Below are positions 25,336 through 37,530 of a stretch of 60,000 bases of DNA, one piece after another. Position 1 is the first letter of the stretch. Each line of letters starts with the position of its first letter. The translations under genes and the position numbers were made by a program. This DNA comes from Squalus acanthias (lineage: Eukaryota), in the NCBI GenBank assembly GCA_030390025.1, contig CM059437.1:20276001-20336000 (forward strand), given 5' to 3'. Under the pieces are notes generated by a model. The model made no database searches. It was not told the origin of the DNA and saw only the letters and a list, made by a program, of their open reading frames with translations.

Positions 25336-25522
25336 TGTGAGAAGTCGCACAACACCAGGTTATAGTCCAACAGTTTTATTTGAAATCACAAGCTTTCGGA
25401 GCGCTGCTCCTGGAGCAGCGCTCCGAAAGCTTGTGATTTCAAATAAAACTGTTGGACTATAACCTGGTGTTGTGCGACTTCTCACATTTGTCCACCCCAG
25501 TCCAACACCGGCATCTCCACAT
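25336..25522 (+). mobile_element. Perfect hairpin mini-PLE (family A 3' end)
   Basis: 75-bp arms (25336-25410 and 25412-25486) with a 1-nt loop, then a tail homologous to 14535-14568. Flanked by catga(t)n on both sides. Confidence 0.93.
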
Positions 25523-26874
25523 CATGATTTTTTTTTTTGTTTGAGAGGGAGATGAGCCAAAAGATTTGTGTGCTGTTGTCACAGTGACATGAGGCAAAGT
25601 TGTTACAATTTGCGCCTCCCGTTATGTTACATATTTTTAAAAAAATTGATGAATTATTTTTTCTCCATAAAGATTGTCGCCCCTTAAATGTCTCTCTTCC
25701 CTCAACGAATGCCAACAAAAAACTGTGCAAGTCATTCATCTCATTTGCTATTAATCTTGTACACTGTTGGTTGCCATGTTTACCTACATAATGAGTGGCT
25801 GCACTTCAATAAGAAATTGATTGGATGCGAAGCATTTTGGAATGTGCTGGGATAAGATATGGCCAAATCCAACCTTTTTCTTCCTTCCACAACATTTGGG
25901 GCATATATTCTCCTCTGTGTATAAACTTAAATCTTTTATGGCAACATCTAGCATTTTTGTATAGCATCTTCAACAGAGGAGAAACAGCTGGTGGGAAGTA
26001 GTAAGAGAAGAATTAAGGGAGGTGAGCTGAAGGAATGATGGGACAGCTAGGTGTTGAGGATGGGGAGAGAAGTAGCAAGATGGGTTGAGGGACAAAGGTC
26101 CAGATTATGAGGCTGAGATAGCTTAAAGCCCCATCAGTAATGGTGGAGGAGAGGGAAGGGGAATTTTTCTTCAATGTTACCCACCTAGTGTCCTAAATTA
26201 TTAAAACCAGAACAGACTAAACTTAGAATTATACCAAAAAGACAAAGTGAAAAAAGGTTCAGAATTTGTACTGAGTTAGTGATCTATATTGGAGTTCATT
26301 ACATCTAGACTGGGAGCAATGCTTATGACAAAAGTATGGAGTATAAATCAATAGAATACTTATACCAAAAGTACAGGAGTTCATTAGAAATTAATTCAAT
26401 CTCAAATTATGCACAAGGTATATTTTACTCCATTCATACTTTAGAAGGCAAAAAATAAGCACAATGATTTTTGTTGACATTGTACCTTGGCAGATCCAGA
26501 CCGGGTTTGTGTTTTATGGGGGATCCAGTTATCTTATAATTCCGAATAGGAAGGGTTCAGATACATTTTAGAAAGGCATTTATTAGAGATATCCTAAAAG
26601 ATCTGAAGCTAGTATAATTAGACATCTGGGGGTTTAATTTTCTCTCTAATGTTGCCAAATCAATAAAATTTAGGTCTGAGGACATTATGCTAGTTCTTTG
26701 ATGCACCTTGAGTATTGTTTGGTGCTGGTCACCTGAGGCATCAGGAAATTTTCCAAGCAACGCAGAAAATGGCCACAAGACTGAGCTGTAAAGGGACTGA
26801 GTTCTGAGGAAAAATTTGGACATTTCAACGTTAAAAGGTGGTGATTGAAAGGGGGCCTTATGGAGGTGTATAAG

Positions 26875-27058
26875 AAAGAAAACAACTTGTATTTATATAT
26901 GGCCTTTTATGACCTCAGAACATCCCAAAGCTCTTCCTGGTCAATGGAGTACTTTCGAGTAACTGTTGTAATGTAGGGAAGCGCGGTAGCCTATTTGTAC
27001 ATCGCAGGGTCCCACAAAGAGCAATGAGATAAATGGCCAGATAATTTGACCAGATAAT
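26875..27058 (-). mobile_element. SINE 3' part with L2-type tail
   Basis: aacaacttgtatttatat...ctgttgtaatgtaggga; same family as the SINE split at 30040-30128 / 31860-31885. Confidence 0.6.
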
Positions 27059-27330
27059 ATAAAGTGCTAAGTGGAAGAGAATAAGTTCATCCCAAGCACC
27101 ATTTTAAGTTTAAACCAAGATGCAGGCATAGGTACAAACTGGTAAAAGTCAAGTGCAGGACAGGTGTCTGGAAGGACTCCTGCACACAAGTAGTGGCAGC
27201 AAGAACTTTGCAGTCATTCATGGGGCAAATAAATGCTGTGATGGGTTTCTGTGGAAGGATGAGCTAGATGGCTTTCATCTTTTTTTGTGTGCAATTTTAG
27301 TGTACTGTGCAATGCACTCCTGCCAAATTC

Positions 27331-27800
27331 GGTAGCATAGTGGTTATGCTACTGGACTAGTAATCCAGAGGCCTGGACTAATAATCTGGAGACATGAGTT
27401 TAGATCCCACCATGGCAGCTGGGGAATTTTAATTCAGTTATTTAAATAAGTCTGGAATAGAACAAAAGCGAGTATCCGTAAGGTGACCATGTAACTACCG
27501 GCTTGTCATAAAAACCCACCTGGTTCACTAATGTCCTTTAGGGAAGAGGAAATCTACTGTCCTCACTCGGTCTGGCCTATATGTGACCCCAGACCCACAG
27601 CAATGTGGTTGACTCTTAACTCTGAAATGGCCTACCAAACCACTATGACAAAGTCACTGTGGGAGTACCTTCACCACACTGACTGCAGCGGTTGAAGAAG
27701 GCAGCTCACCACCACCACCTTCTCCAGGGCAATTAGGGATGGGCAATAAATGCTGGCCTTGCCAGCGATGCCCACATCCCGTGAATGAATAAAAAAAAAG
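27331..27800 (+). mobile_element. Full-length tRNA-derived SINE with 19-bp TSD
   Basis: A-box-like tagcatagtgg and an A-rich tail. TSD atgca(c/t)tcctgccaaattc at 27312-27330 and 27801-27819. 3' end matches the LINE at 18591. Confidence 0.88.
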
Positions 27801-28300
27801 ATGCATTCCTGCCAAATTCCTGTTTGGATTATTTTACCACAGGCATTATCCCATTTAAATGAATCAACAACTGCACTAAAATATCACAAACAGGAACGTT
27901 ATAAGAGCATATTAATCAGTGTACCAAAGATAGCTCAGATGAAATTAAACTCGCTCAGAACAGAAAGGGGATTTTTGCGAACATTACTAAATTTTGGCCT
28001 TTTTTATATTTTGTTGGCCAAAAGAAAAATGATTCTCCAGCAGCAGGACAAGATTCCCAAGAATTTGTGAATGGATTTAATCTCCTCATGAAACGTGCTC
28101 ATGCTGAAAGAATTTCTTTCAAAATAAATGACAAATTACTCTTATGAAGGCAGATATTGGCAACTGTATTACATAATTCTTTTTCTCTCCATCTCCATGG
28201 AATATAGCGGCAGATGAATAGTAAATATGTTATACAGAGAAATGGCCTGTTTAAAGATTTGTGGTAGATTGGCAATGACTTTAGATACTGTTAATTCATA

Positions 28301-28989
28301 GGGGTAAAAATTGAGTAGCGCCCTGGAAAAATGAGTAACCCCGCGCCGGAACTTGAGTGGTTGTGCCCTAAGAGGGAAGCGGGGCGCTACTGGAAGCGCC
28401 CCGCATCCCTCTTGGGGCGCTGCGAGTCAATATCGCGGCGCTGCAGCACATCGCGCCGCGGTATTGCAGGCCTTCCTCCCCTTCTTAAAGGGGAGGGGCC
28501 TTGCGCAGCACGACCTGGGGCCCAGCTGGGCCCCCGGGGATCGGGAGTGCCGGCAAAAGAGTCTGGCACTCGAGAAGTGCCGGGCTCTTGGAGTGAAGCC
28601 GGCACTCTGCGGGGGGGGGGGGGGGCGACAGGAGGCCGGGGACGGGAGCGCAGGCAGGTGCTGGCAGGTGGCCAGCAACAAAAATGGCCACCCCACACCT
28701 CGCCTTTAAATTGCGCCTCCCCGGCCACAGGTAGGCCCCCCTGACCCCGTCTGACATAGCGTCCGATGGTAAGTTAGGGGGCACTCCCGAAGATCGCGAG
28801 CGGGGCGCTGTGCACAGTGATGACGTCCTCGCCGGTGGCGCAATGCCGCGGGGCGCTACCGGTTAGCACCGCCGCTAACCTCCCGCTGAATTTCGCGGGA
28901 GGCGTGGACAGCGTCACGCCTGGGCGCTAGTTGTTTTGCGCCCTGTTAGGGCGCTAATGGGAGGCGCAAAGCAACCCAATTTTTCCCCC
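28301..28989. mobile_element. GC-rich Harbinger-type MITE related to family M1
   Basis: ATA|ggggtaaaaattg ... caattttttccccc|ATA. Subterminal gggcgctagttgttttgcgc is shared with the 2800 and 47149 elements. Confidence 0.82.
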
Positions 28990-30128
28990 ATAGAATCATA
29001 CAACACAGAAGGTGGCCATTTGGCCCATCGGGCCTGAGCCGGCCAGTAGTGTTTCCGAACCAGGAAGGCAAGTAGATCAATGTTGTGTAATCCTCTTGCA
29101 GATATTAAATTGTGCTTCTATGATGTTGTGGGTTATATTTGTATATATGTTTTATGTTTAATTAGAAGGGGTGGGGGTGGGGAGAAGAGCCTGTATAGTA
29201 CTAGAAATCTTGTCCAAGGGAACTTCTTGTATACAGTTGAACCCCTGAGCTTTCAACTTTGGTGATGGCTGTTGATATATGCACAGTTCTTGGTGCGCAC
29301 CAGTGCACAATTGTGATAATATTTATTAGTAATGAGCATCTCAAAAAAAAATCTTCTTCCAATCAATAGACAATCCTAATTCTAATTGGCGTTGCGCACA
29401 CCTGCACAGGTTGTACAAGTACCGCAGTGCCATTTGTAGAAAAGCAAAGTACCAGTTGCCGGCAGAAAATGGTACTATATGAAAAACGTTCTTGCCTTTT
29501 CCACCTTAAAAGATGGGCACATTTATTTATTGAGGGAGGCATCGATTCTGACTGCAGATCTGGGGGACAAAAGTACAAATTTCACAAGCCTCAACTGAGA
29601 TTGGAGATGAGGCAACAGAATATTTCATTTTATATTAAAAAAAAACCAGAATAATTATTGGATTAGGCAAGGCATTTTGTGTTCAAAGGGTGATTATAGA
29701 GAAAGACAATCAAATACTGTGTGCTACACAATTGCTCCCAAGTTACTCGGGCTATAAAAAGCAACTGGTCTCACACAAGTAATGTGGTGGTTGGATAGAT
29801 GTTCTGGACTTTTGCTCAGATATCTTTGACAAGAAATTTGAAGATTCCCCTCCAGGAGATTAAATAAATCACAATAGTGTAAGCTGTACATGGTTTGTGA
29901 AAGGAATCAGCTTGATGGGCTAAATTGCCTTTTCCCCCCAGTTACTTTGATGTTATGAAGCCCTTGGGGAGGAGGAGATGTCAGGGAGCATTCTGCTGTT
30001 GTTGTGTTCTGTTACACCAAGGTTGAAGGTATACTTATAGAAAGAAGGACTTGCATTTATATAGTGCCTTTCCTGACCTCAGGACATTGCGAAGCGCTTT
30101 ACAGCCAATGAAGTACTCTTGAAGTGTA

Positions 30129-31859
30129 GGCCGCGATTTTGCTGACCTCGGCAGATCTGGGGCGAGCGACGTCGGTGGCGGGTCCCCATCCCGCTGCTGG
30201 CTGAAATGAATTTCCCTTGATTGGGCTTGTTAAGCCCGCCCAGCATCTTTCCCGGCCAATTAGAGGAAGCGGGTCTGATGACGTCACTTGATGCATCATC
30301 AGCCGGCTTCCTTAAAGGGACCATGGCCAACTTTATGTTGACAATTGTGCTGTCAGTGTTCTACAGCATTGAGGTGCTGCAAACACTGACAATCACAGCA
30401 CAGAGGTGCAGGGCTGCACCCAGGCTCTCCCATGTCTCCCTCCATATGCTTATGGATGGAGTCACTGCACGCAGGGAGGTTCTCTTCCCTTCCCATGGGC
30501 AGAGGAGAGCTGCCCAGGAGTTCAACACAGCCTTGTTGCACATTGCACAGGAGGGCATAAGCAGGGATGTGGTCAGGAGGATCTGGGTGCAGTGGCGCAA
30601 ATGTCTCAATGATCTCAGTAGATCACGAAACATTAGTACAAAGCCACACTCAACCTCATCTTCCTGTGCCTCTCAACACATCCCCATCACTTGGCCTTCC
30701 CTACCCTACTCCTGCGCATCCTTACTCATACCAACTTACCTTGCACCTCCACCCATCCCTCTTTATCTATATTATCACATTCCCATCTCACGAGCCACCC
30801 CTCACACTCACCCTCACCCTAGTGCAATCATACCAACTAACAACACACAAGGGTAGGCACTTGGGTGTTTTATGCAATGTTCATGTAAAGTTTCTGTTAA
30901 TGTGGTGTCAAATATTGAAATCTTTATTTCCACCACTTTGCATTCTTGGACAGATTTGTGTGCACATTTGGAAATGGCTTAGTGAGTTGCAGTGAATGGT
31001 GAGACATAACGGTATCCCCCGCAATGGTGATGAGTGTGAACTTAATTGCTTGGGCATTGTAGGGATGCTTTATGGTGTTGGCGTGGGGTAGTACCAACCT
31101 GGCGCATCATATGGCAGCCAGGGTGTACAGCGTCAAATGAAGTAAATCTGGCCATGGTGAGGCCATCCCTGGCCTCCTGGGCAGCAATGTGGTTGGGTGC
31201 TGATGTCCTGTGCAGCATAAGTTGATTGCAGAGAAAGTTGGTGTTGTTGTTGGTGCTGCTGGTGTGCCTGGTGCTGCTGGTGTTGGGGTTGATTGTGGTG
31301 GGATTCTGAGGACCAAGGTGAGAGAGTATAAAGGGCACCCATGCTGATGGAATAGATGGCAGGTGAAGTAGAGATGACAGAAGCGATCTATCAATGGTGA
31401 GCGAGGTAATGAGGTCAGACTGGATGGAGACTTGTGTAAAGACTTGCAGCATGGTGAATCTGTTGTGGAAATGCAGTGAGGAAGAGCTTGTGGCTGAGGG
31501 AAGATATCGCTGTAAGGTGGGAGCTTTTCCTTTACATTTGAAGCTGTCAACTCATCAGCTGATTCAAAGGCAACTGAACTCCCGCTTCAGCTTGACAGCA
31601 TGGACCCCGTGGGCGAGCTGTCAAATGCAAAAAGTAAGCTGAAAATCATTCTTAAATGGCTCTAAACAAGCCACTAATTACCTGAATTGGGTCCCCCACC
31701 ACTGCCTGTCGGATCTGCTCAGCGCTGACAGACCCGACATTGGAAAAGGTGCGTGCCGGCGGGTTTACAGCGGGGTCCCGACCCGCTGGGGGAAAAAAAA
31801 CACTTTCCCACCTGACTTGCCACCGATCGTGCCCACTGACCCCCCAGAAAATTCTGGCC
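30129..31859 (+). mobile_element. Internally deleted Harbinger derivative of the 6718-10884 family
   Basis: GTA|ggccgcgatttt ... aaaattctggcc|GTA. Retains Myb exon 1, part of intron 1 and both ends of the transposase. Inserted in a SINE that resumes at 31860. Confidence 0.9.
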
Positions 31860-32341
31860 GTAGTCACAGTTGTAATGTAGGAATGATAGCCAGATCTTCA
31901 TATCAGTTGAAGGTGTTAAATCTATACCAGATGCTAATAGCAATGCCTTGTATCACCCTCCAACACTTTAAATAAAACCTGCTGTATTGGGTTTTTTCTC
32001 AAATAGTTCAGCCAAGAGATAATTATTCGAAATTGCCGCAGTCTTTTGGCAGGAAAATATCAGCTTTTGTTGCCACCAAATTCCAGATTCCCCGTATGCT
32101 CCTAATTCAGTGAAGTATCACTCTATCTGCAGGCTTTGACACAGTAAATAATTTCTTACGGGGGACTTGTTTTCTTTATATTTGGCCATTATCGTGTGGA
32201 TTACTCATCAGCACAGATCCACAGATGAATTCCAACTGTGTGGTAGCACCGAACTGGCGCTGTGGCATTACCTGAATGTATTAAACCAAACAAGATTATG
32301 CTGCTTCACAGGCAATTTTCAATAAATTACTCGGACACAAA

Positions 32342-34086
32342 GGCCGGAATTTTCCGGGGGTCAGCGGGCTGGATTGGTGGCGGATTGGGAGGGAAATTTG
32401 ATCTTTTTGACAGCCGGTCGGGACCTCGTTGTCAACTTGCCGCTATGCGCCTTTCCCAATGTCGGGTCTGTCAGCACTGAGCAGACCCAACAGGCAGCGG
32501 TGGGCGACCCAATTCAAGTAATTAGTGGCTTGTTTAGAGCCACATAAGAATGATTTTCAGCTTACCTTTTGCATTTGACAGCTCGCCCACGGGGTCCATG
32601 CTGGTCGTGGACCATGTCTGTCAAGCTGAGGCGGGAGTTCAGTGGCCATTGAATCAGCTGATGAGCTGACAGCTTCAAATATACAGTAAAAGCTCCCACC
32701 TTACAGAGATATCTTCCCTCAGCCACAAGCTCTTCCTCACTGTATTTGCACAACAGATTCACCATGCTGCAAGTCTTTACACAAGTCTCCATCCAGTCTG
32801 ACCTTGTTACCTCTCTCACCATTGACAGATCGCTTCTGTCATCTCTACTTCACCTGCCATCTATTCCATCGGCATGAGTGCCCTTTATACTCTCTCACCT
32901 TGGCCCTCAGAATCCCACCACAATCAGCCCCAACACCAGCAGCACCAGACACACCAGCAGCACCAACAACAACTACACCAGCCTTCTCCACAATCAACTG
33001 ATGTTGCACAGGACACAGTGCATCAGCACCTGATCATATTGCTGCCCAGGAGGCCAGGGATGGCCTCACCATGGGCAGATTTACTTCACTTGACGTTGTA
33101 CACCCTGGCTGCCACATGATGCGCCAGATTGGCACCACCACACACCAACACCATAAAGCATTCCTACAATGCCCAAGCCATTCCTTTCACACTTATCACC
33201 ATTGTGGGGGGTATCGTTATGTATCACCATTCACTGCAACTCACTAAGCCACTTTCAAAGGTGCACACAGATCTGTCCAAGAATGCAAAGTGTTGAAAAT
33301 AAAGGTTTCAATGTTTGACACCACATTAACAGAAACTTTACATGAACATTGCATAAAACACCCAAGTGCCTACCCTTGTGTGTTAGTTGGTATGATTGCA
33401 GTAGGATGGGGGTGAGTGTGAGGGGTGGCTAGTGAGATGGGGATGTGATAATGTAGATAGAGAGGGATGGGTGGAGGTGCAAGGTAAGTTGGTGTGAGTA
33501 AAGATGTGCAGGAGTAGGGTAGGGAAGGCAGAGTGATGGGGATGTGTTGAGAGGCACAGCAGGATGAGGTTGAGTGTGGCTTTTTACTAACGTTTTGTGA
33601 TCTACTGAGATCATTGAAACATTTGCGCCACTGCACCCAGGTCCTCCTGACCACATCCCTGCTTGTGCCCTCCTCTGTGCTGTGTTGATCTCCTGGGGAG
33701 ATCTTTCTGCCCATGGGAAGGGAAGAGGACCTCCCTACGTTCTGTGTCTCCCTCCATAAGCATATGGAGGGAGTCATGGGAGAGCCTGGGTGCAGCCCTA
33801 TGCCTCTGTGCAGTGATTGTCAGTGTTTGCAGCAACCCAATGCTGTAGAACACGGACAGCACAAATGTCAACATAAAGTTGGCCATGGTCCCTTTAAGGA
33901 AGCCGGCTGATGATGTGTCATCAAATGACATCACCAGATCCACATCCTCTAATTGGCCGGGAATCACGCTGGGCGGGCTTAACAAGCCCAATCAGGGGAA
34001 ATTTATTTCAGACAGCGGGCTGGAGCCAGCAGCGGGGTCGGGACCCGCCACCGACGTCGTCCGCCATGGACAGCAAAATCCCAGCC
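32342..34086 (-). mobile_element. Second copy of the same deleted Harbinger, inverted
   Basis: ggccggaattttc ... aaaatcccagcc. Colinear with the reverse complement of 30129-31859. Confidence 0.9.
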
Positions 34087-34359
34087 TCAGCTCTTGAGCC
34101 ACATCTTCAAATGACCTTTTATGTTGTGACGAAATCCAATTTCTAACACTACAGCAATTCTCCATAAGAGACATTTTGTTGTCTTACATGTCTCCGATTC
34201 ATAGTGGACAGATTTCCCAGTACAAAAGCTATAATATCCACGTTATGCAGCTTTGTTCCGTTTGAATAATTTGATACTTTTCACAAATTGGCATTGGGAT
34301 TTTTATGATGCTTTAATATGTTATTAAACTTTTCTCCAATGCAGTCAAGCAGAGACTTT

Positions 34360-34964
34360 GGGCTGGATTTTCATTGACCCGTGGAGGTGGGTTTGGAGGC
34401 GTGTGGGGGGTTAAAATTGCGAAAACTGGTGGCCGGGCACAAGCCCACCTCCATCCCACCTCCACGCAATTTTCATTAAATCGTGTCTGCTGGTCCCGAC
34501 TCTAAGAGGCGGGATAGGTTGTTAAGGCCCTTAACGAGCACTAAATTGGCTCTATAATGCCATTTTCAAAGGCCTTTGTAATTTTAACCCTTTTTCTACA
34601 TGTAGCACGCCTGTTCTGAACCACGAATGTGAAACCTGGCGGGAGCACATTTGGCTGGCTGGCTGATCGATCGATCGATCTGGGAGCAGACTTAGGGCTG
34701 CTGCTGCTCATTTTGCATCCAGGTCCTCTCACAGCAAAGGCCAGGCAGTCTTTGCAGACCTTCAATGCAGCAGCAATGATGACATCATCAGAGGCGACTT
34801 TCAGACTGAAAACACTAATTGGGTCATGGGTTCCCACATGCTGGAACTCAATTGCCCAATTAGGTGAAAATCGCATCGATCTCCCACATCCAATTGCAGT
34901 CGGGGGGATAACACAAAAAGTGGATGACACGACCCCAACCCGCCCCAGTATCAAAATCCAGCCC
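34360..34964. mobile_element. Harbinger-type MITE
   Basis: TTT|gggctggatttt ... aaaatccagccc|TTT: perfect 12-bp TIR and 3-bp TSD. Confidence 0.85.
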
Positions 34965-35699
34965 TTTGACATCAATGAAACTAACTACATATGAGATGCT
35001 GTTAGATACTTGCATTATTTAAGTTCAATTCAAATTTTCCTAGCATTGGTAAGTGGAAGATCAGTATTTTGTTTAAAGTTTTAAATAATATGCAATGTTA
35101 TCCAATCTTCATCACTTGACCACATCAATAATACCAACATTTCACAAAGTGAACGGGAATAGAGATGGGATCTTTCTTGGTATAAGAAACTAAACATTAA
35201 ATCATCAAAGACCTGATCAGAGCAATACTACCAATGGAGACAAATGCTTCTGTTTTTGTGGTTTCCACGGATTACATTCGAGGGATTCAGCCTAAACACA
35301 CTAAGATCCACCAAAATGGAACTATGAGGCCTCTGCACCAAAGGGAATTCATTAACATCAGGTCAAATTGCAGCAGTCTTTGTCCAGTTTACAAAGTTCA
35401 CCGATTGATCCCGGTTTAGGCACCTGGAATGAAGCCGAGGGAGCAATTGCTGTTTTGTTTTTCTTGGTGGGTTGAGGGGGAGGGAAGGAGGGAGGGTAAG
35501 AGATGGAAGGAAACTGCAGTTCTGAGACAATAGGCCCTGTATTCAAGAAACTGAAAACTCGCCCTGATAGTGAAGCCAGTGTATTGGCCTCCCTACACCA
35601 CCTGAACACACACATGTATTTCTCCCACCCCCTGACATCCCCCAAAACAAACACACTTGCACATCTTTGTGCCACCCCAAAAAGACCCTGCTTTCCACA

Positions 35700-35900
35700 C
35701 ACGCTCTTCCCATTCTCTCTCTCACTCTTCTTCTGCTCTCTCTTCTTCCTCTGCTGTCGCTCTTCCACTCTCTCTCCCTCTACGTCCTGTGTGTCTCTTT
35801 CTTTCTATCTCTCTCTATCTGTCTATCTCGCTCTCTCATTCTCTTTATCGCTACTCTCTCTCGGTCTCCGCATCTCTCTTTTCCCCCCCCCGCCACCCCT
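35700..35900. repeat. CT-rich low-complexity tract
   Basis: Degenerate (CT)n. Confidence 0.85.
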
Positions 35901-37114
35901 CCCAAGGAGTACTGTCATTAGCTGACCAATAGACAACCAACAATCATTGGGTTGAAGACTCACTCGGTAACCAGCAGGTACCTAGAAAAGCATAAGAATA
36001 GCAAAGTGAAAAACACAACTAACTGTAAAGCATCAGAGTGCATTGCCACTGTATAGGTAAACATGGTACCTCTTTGAATGGCTGTTCCAACATTTAGAGA
36101 TGCAGAACATCTGCAGCAGCTGGCTGCCTCTCTGCAACCCAGTCACGTTAGGCACTAAGTCTTGCATGTATGTTTTCATACCTGGCTTCAGGTATGTGCT
36201 TTCCAGCAGCTGTCATCCAAGTGCCAGAGTTTCCTTACCAGCTGTACAATGGACATCTGCCTTCAGTGTGGTCAAAGGATTTACACAGGACCACTTGTAT
36301 TGTGCCAGGCATCTTGATGTAGATGTCCAGGTCCAACGCTGCATACTTATCACTAACTGCTCAATCCTCTGTGCTCAATGGTAAATTGATCATTTCTGGC
36401 ACTGGTCCCAGGAACAGTGTTCCCTTGCCTAGAGTAGCTTTAAGCAAATTCATATCAATATTGTCTACACCTGCTGACCTACCATTAGCTTGGTGATGCA
36501 GTGCACAGTCTATTTCTTTCTATCAAACTGCTTTATTAAAGCCTTCAATCCGTGCAGCAGACTCCATCGGCTTTTTCAACCTCCATGCAGATGAGTCCTT
36601 ATTACAGCCAGATGGGGCAGATGTCATCTCTCTGGACCCCAGAGGTTCCCTCGTGGGTTTGTTGGAGCATACAGGATTTCTCAGTCATTGGCATTAGCTC
36701 AGTGGAATTTTTATGACCACGATTGATGACAGATGTGAACGGAAAAACATTTTAGAATTTCTTTGTGTTATTACGTGCGCTTGTGGATGTCCTGCTTCAT
36801 CTCCTTGATGAGTCTTCTGACCTCACAACATGCTGCAACATCATCGACATCTGCTGCAGCTCTTAATTGTCCTGATAAGGCTTCAACTGCTACTTACAGA
36901 GGAAATAGTTTTTGATTAACGGCTCTCATTCCCTTTGCAGTTACTTTAGCAGGACGCTGCCTCGTGGATGAGCTCCTCGTAGGCTCTAGCTTCAGTTTGT
37001 TTATGGATTCAGCTGCAGAGGCAAAAACGCTCGTGGTCATAGCTGCTTGTCATCAAGTCTGCCATATTGGCAATCACACAGACCTGGTCACAAGTTTCAT
37101 GATCAGTAATATCC

Positions 37115-37530
37115 TTGTCTGTCTCTCTCTCTCTCACACACACTTTCTGTTCTCTGGTTTTTGTTTGTTTCCAATTCTTACTCACTCCCTCTTTCTATAA
37201 GTCTCTCCTTTCCTCGTTCTTCTCTCTTAATGTATACCTTCCATTCTCTGTGTATACCTCTCACACTTTGTCTATGTCTACATCTGTTTCTCGCTGTCCT
37301 TTCTCTGCCTCTTTCTGTATGTCTCCTCTATACCATACAATTTTCCACCTTTCCCTCTGTTTGTCTGTACATGCCTCTCTTTCTGTGTTTCTCACCTTTT
37401 CCTTTTCCCCTTTCCCGCCATGGAGATCTGGAGCCAAAACCCTTTAATAACCACAGAAATTATTTTGTTTTTTTCTCTCGCTTCATCGCTTGTGTTCTCT
37501 CTCTCTCTCTCTCTCTTCATCCCCTCCATA
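37115..37530. repeat. CT-rich low-complexity tract
   Basis: Degenerate (CT)n polypyrimidine. Confidence 0.8.

Noticed and set aside
25336..25486. Hairpins (also 40525-40723) as pre-miRNAs or DNA-transposon MITEs
   Set aside because: The asymmetric tail, long TSDs, HHR sequence and homology of 25336 to the PLE 3' end indicate retroelement origin. Small-RNA production is not excluded.
28331..28784. Five overlapping ORFs of 89-137 aa
   Set aside because: They lie inside a very GC-rich MITE where stops are rare, and show no domain features.
35358..35932. ORFs of 60-140 aa over the CT-rich tract (likewise 4553-4783 and 37115-37541)
   Set aside because: Low-complexity artefacts.
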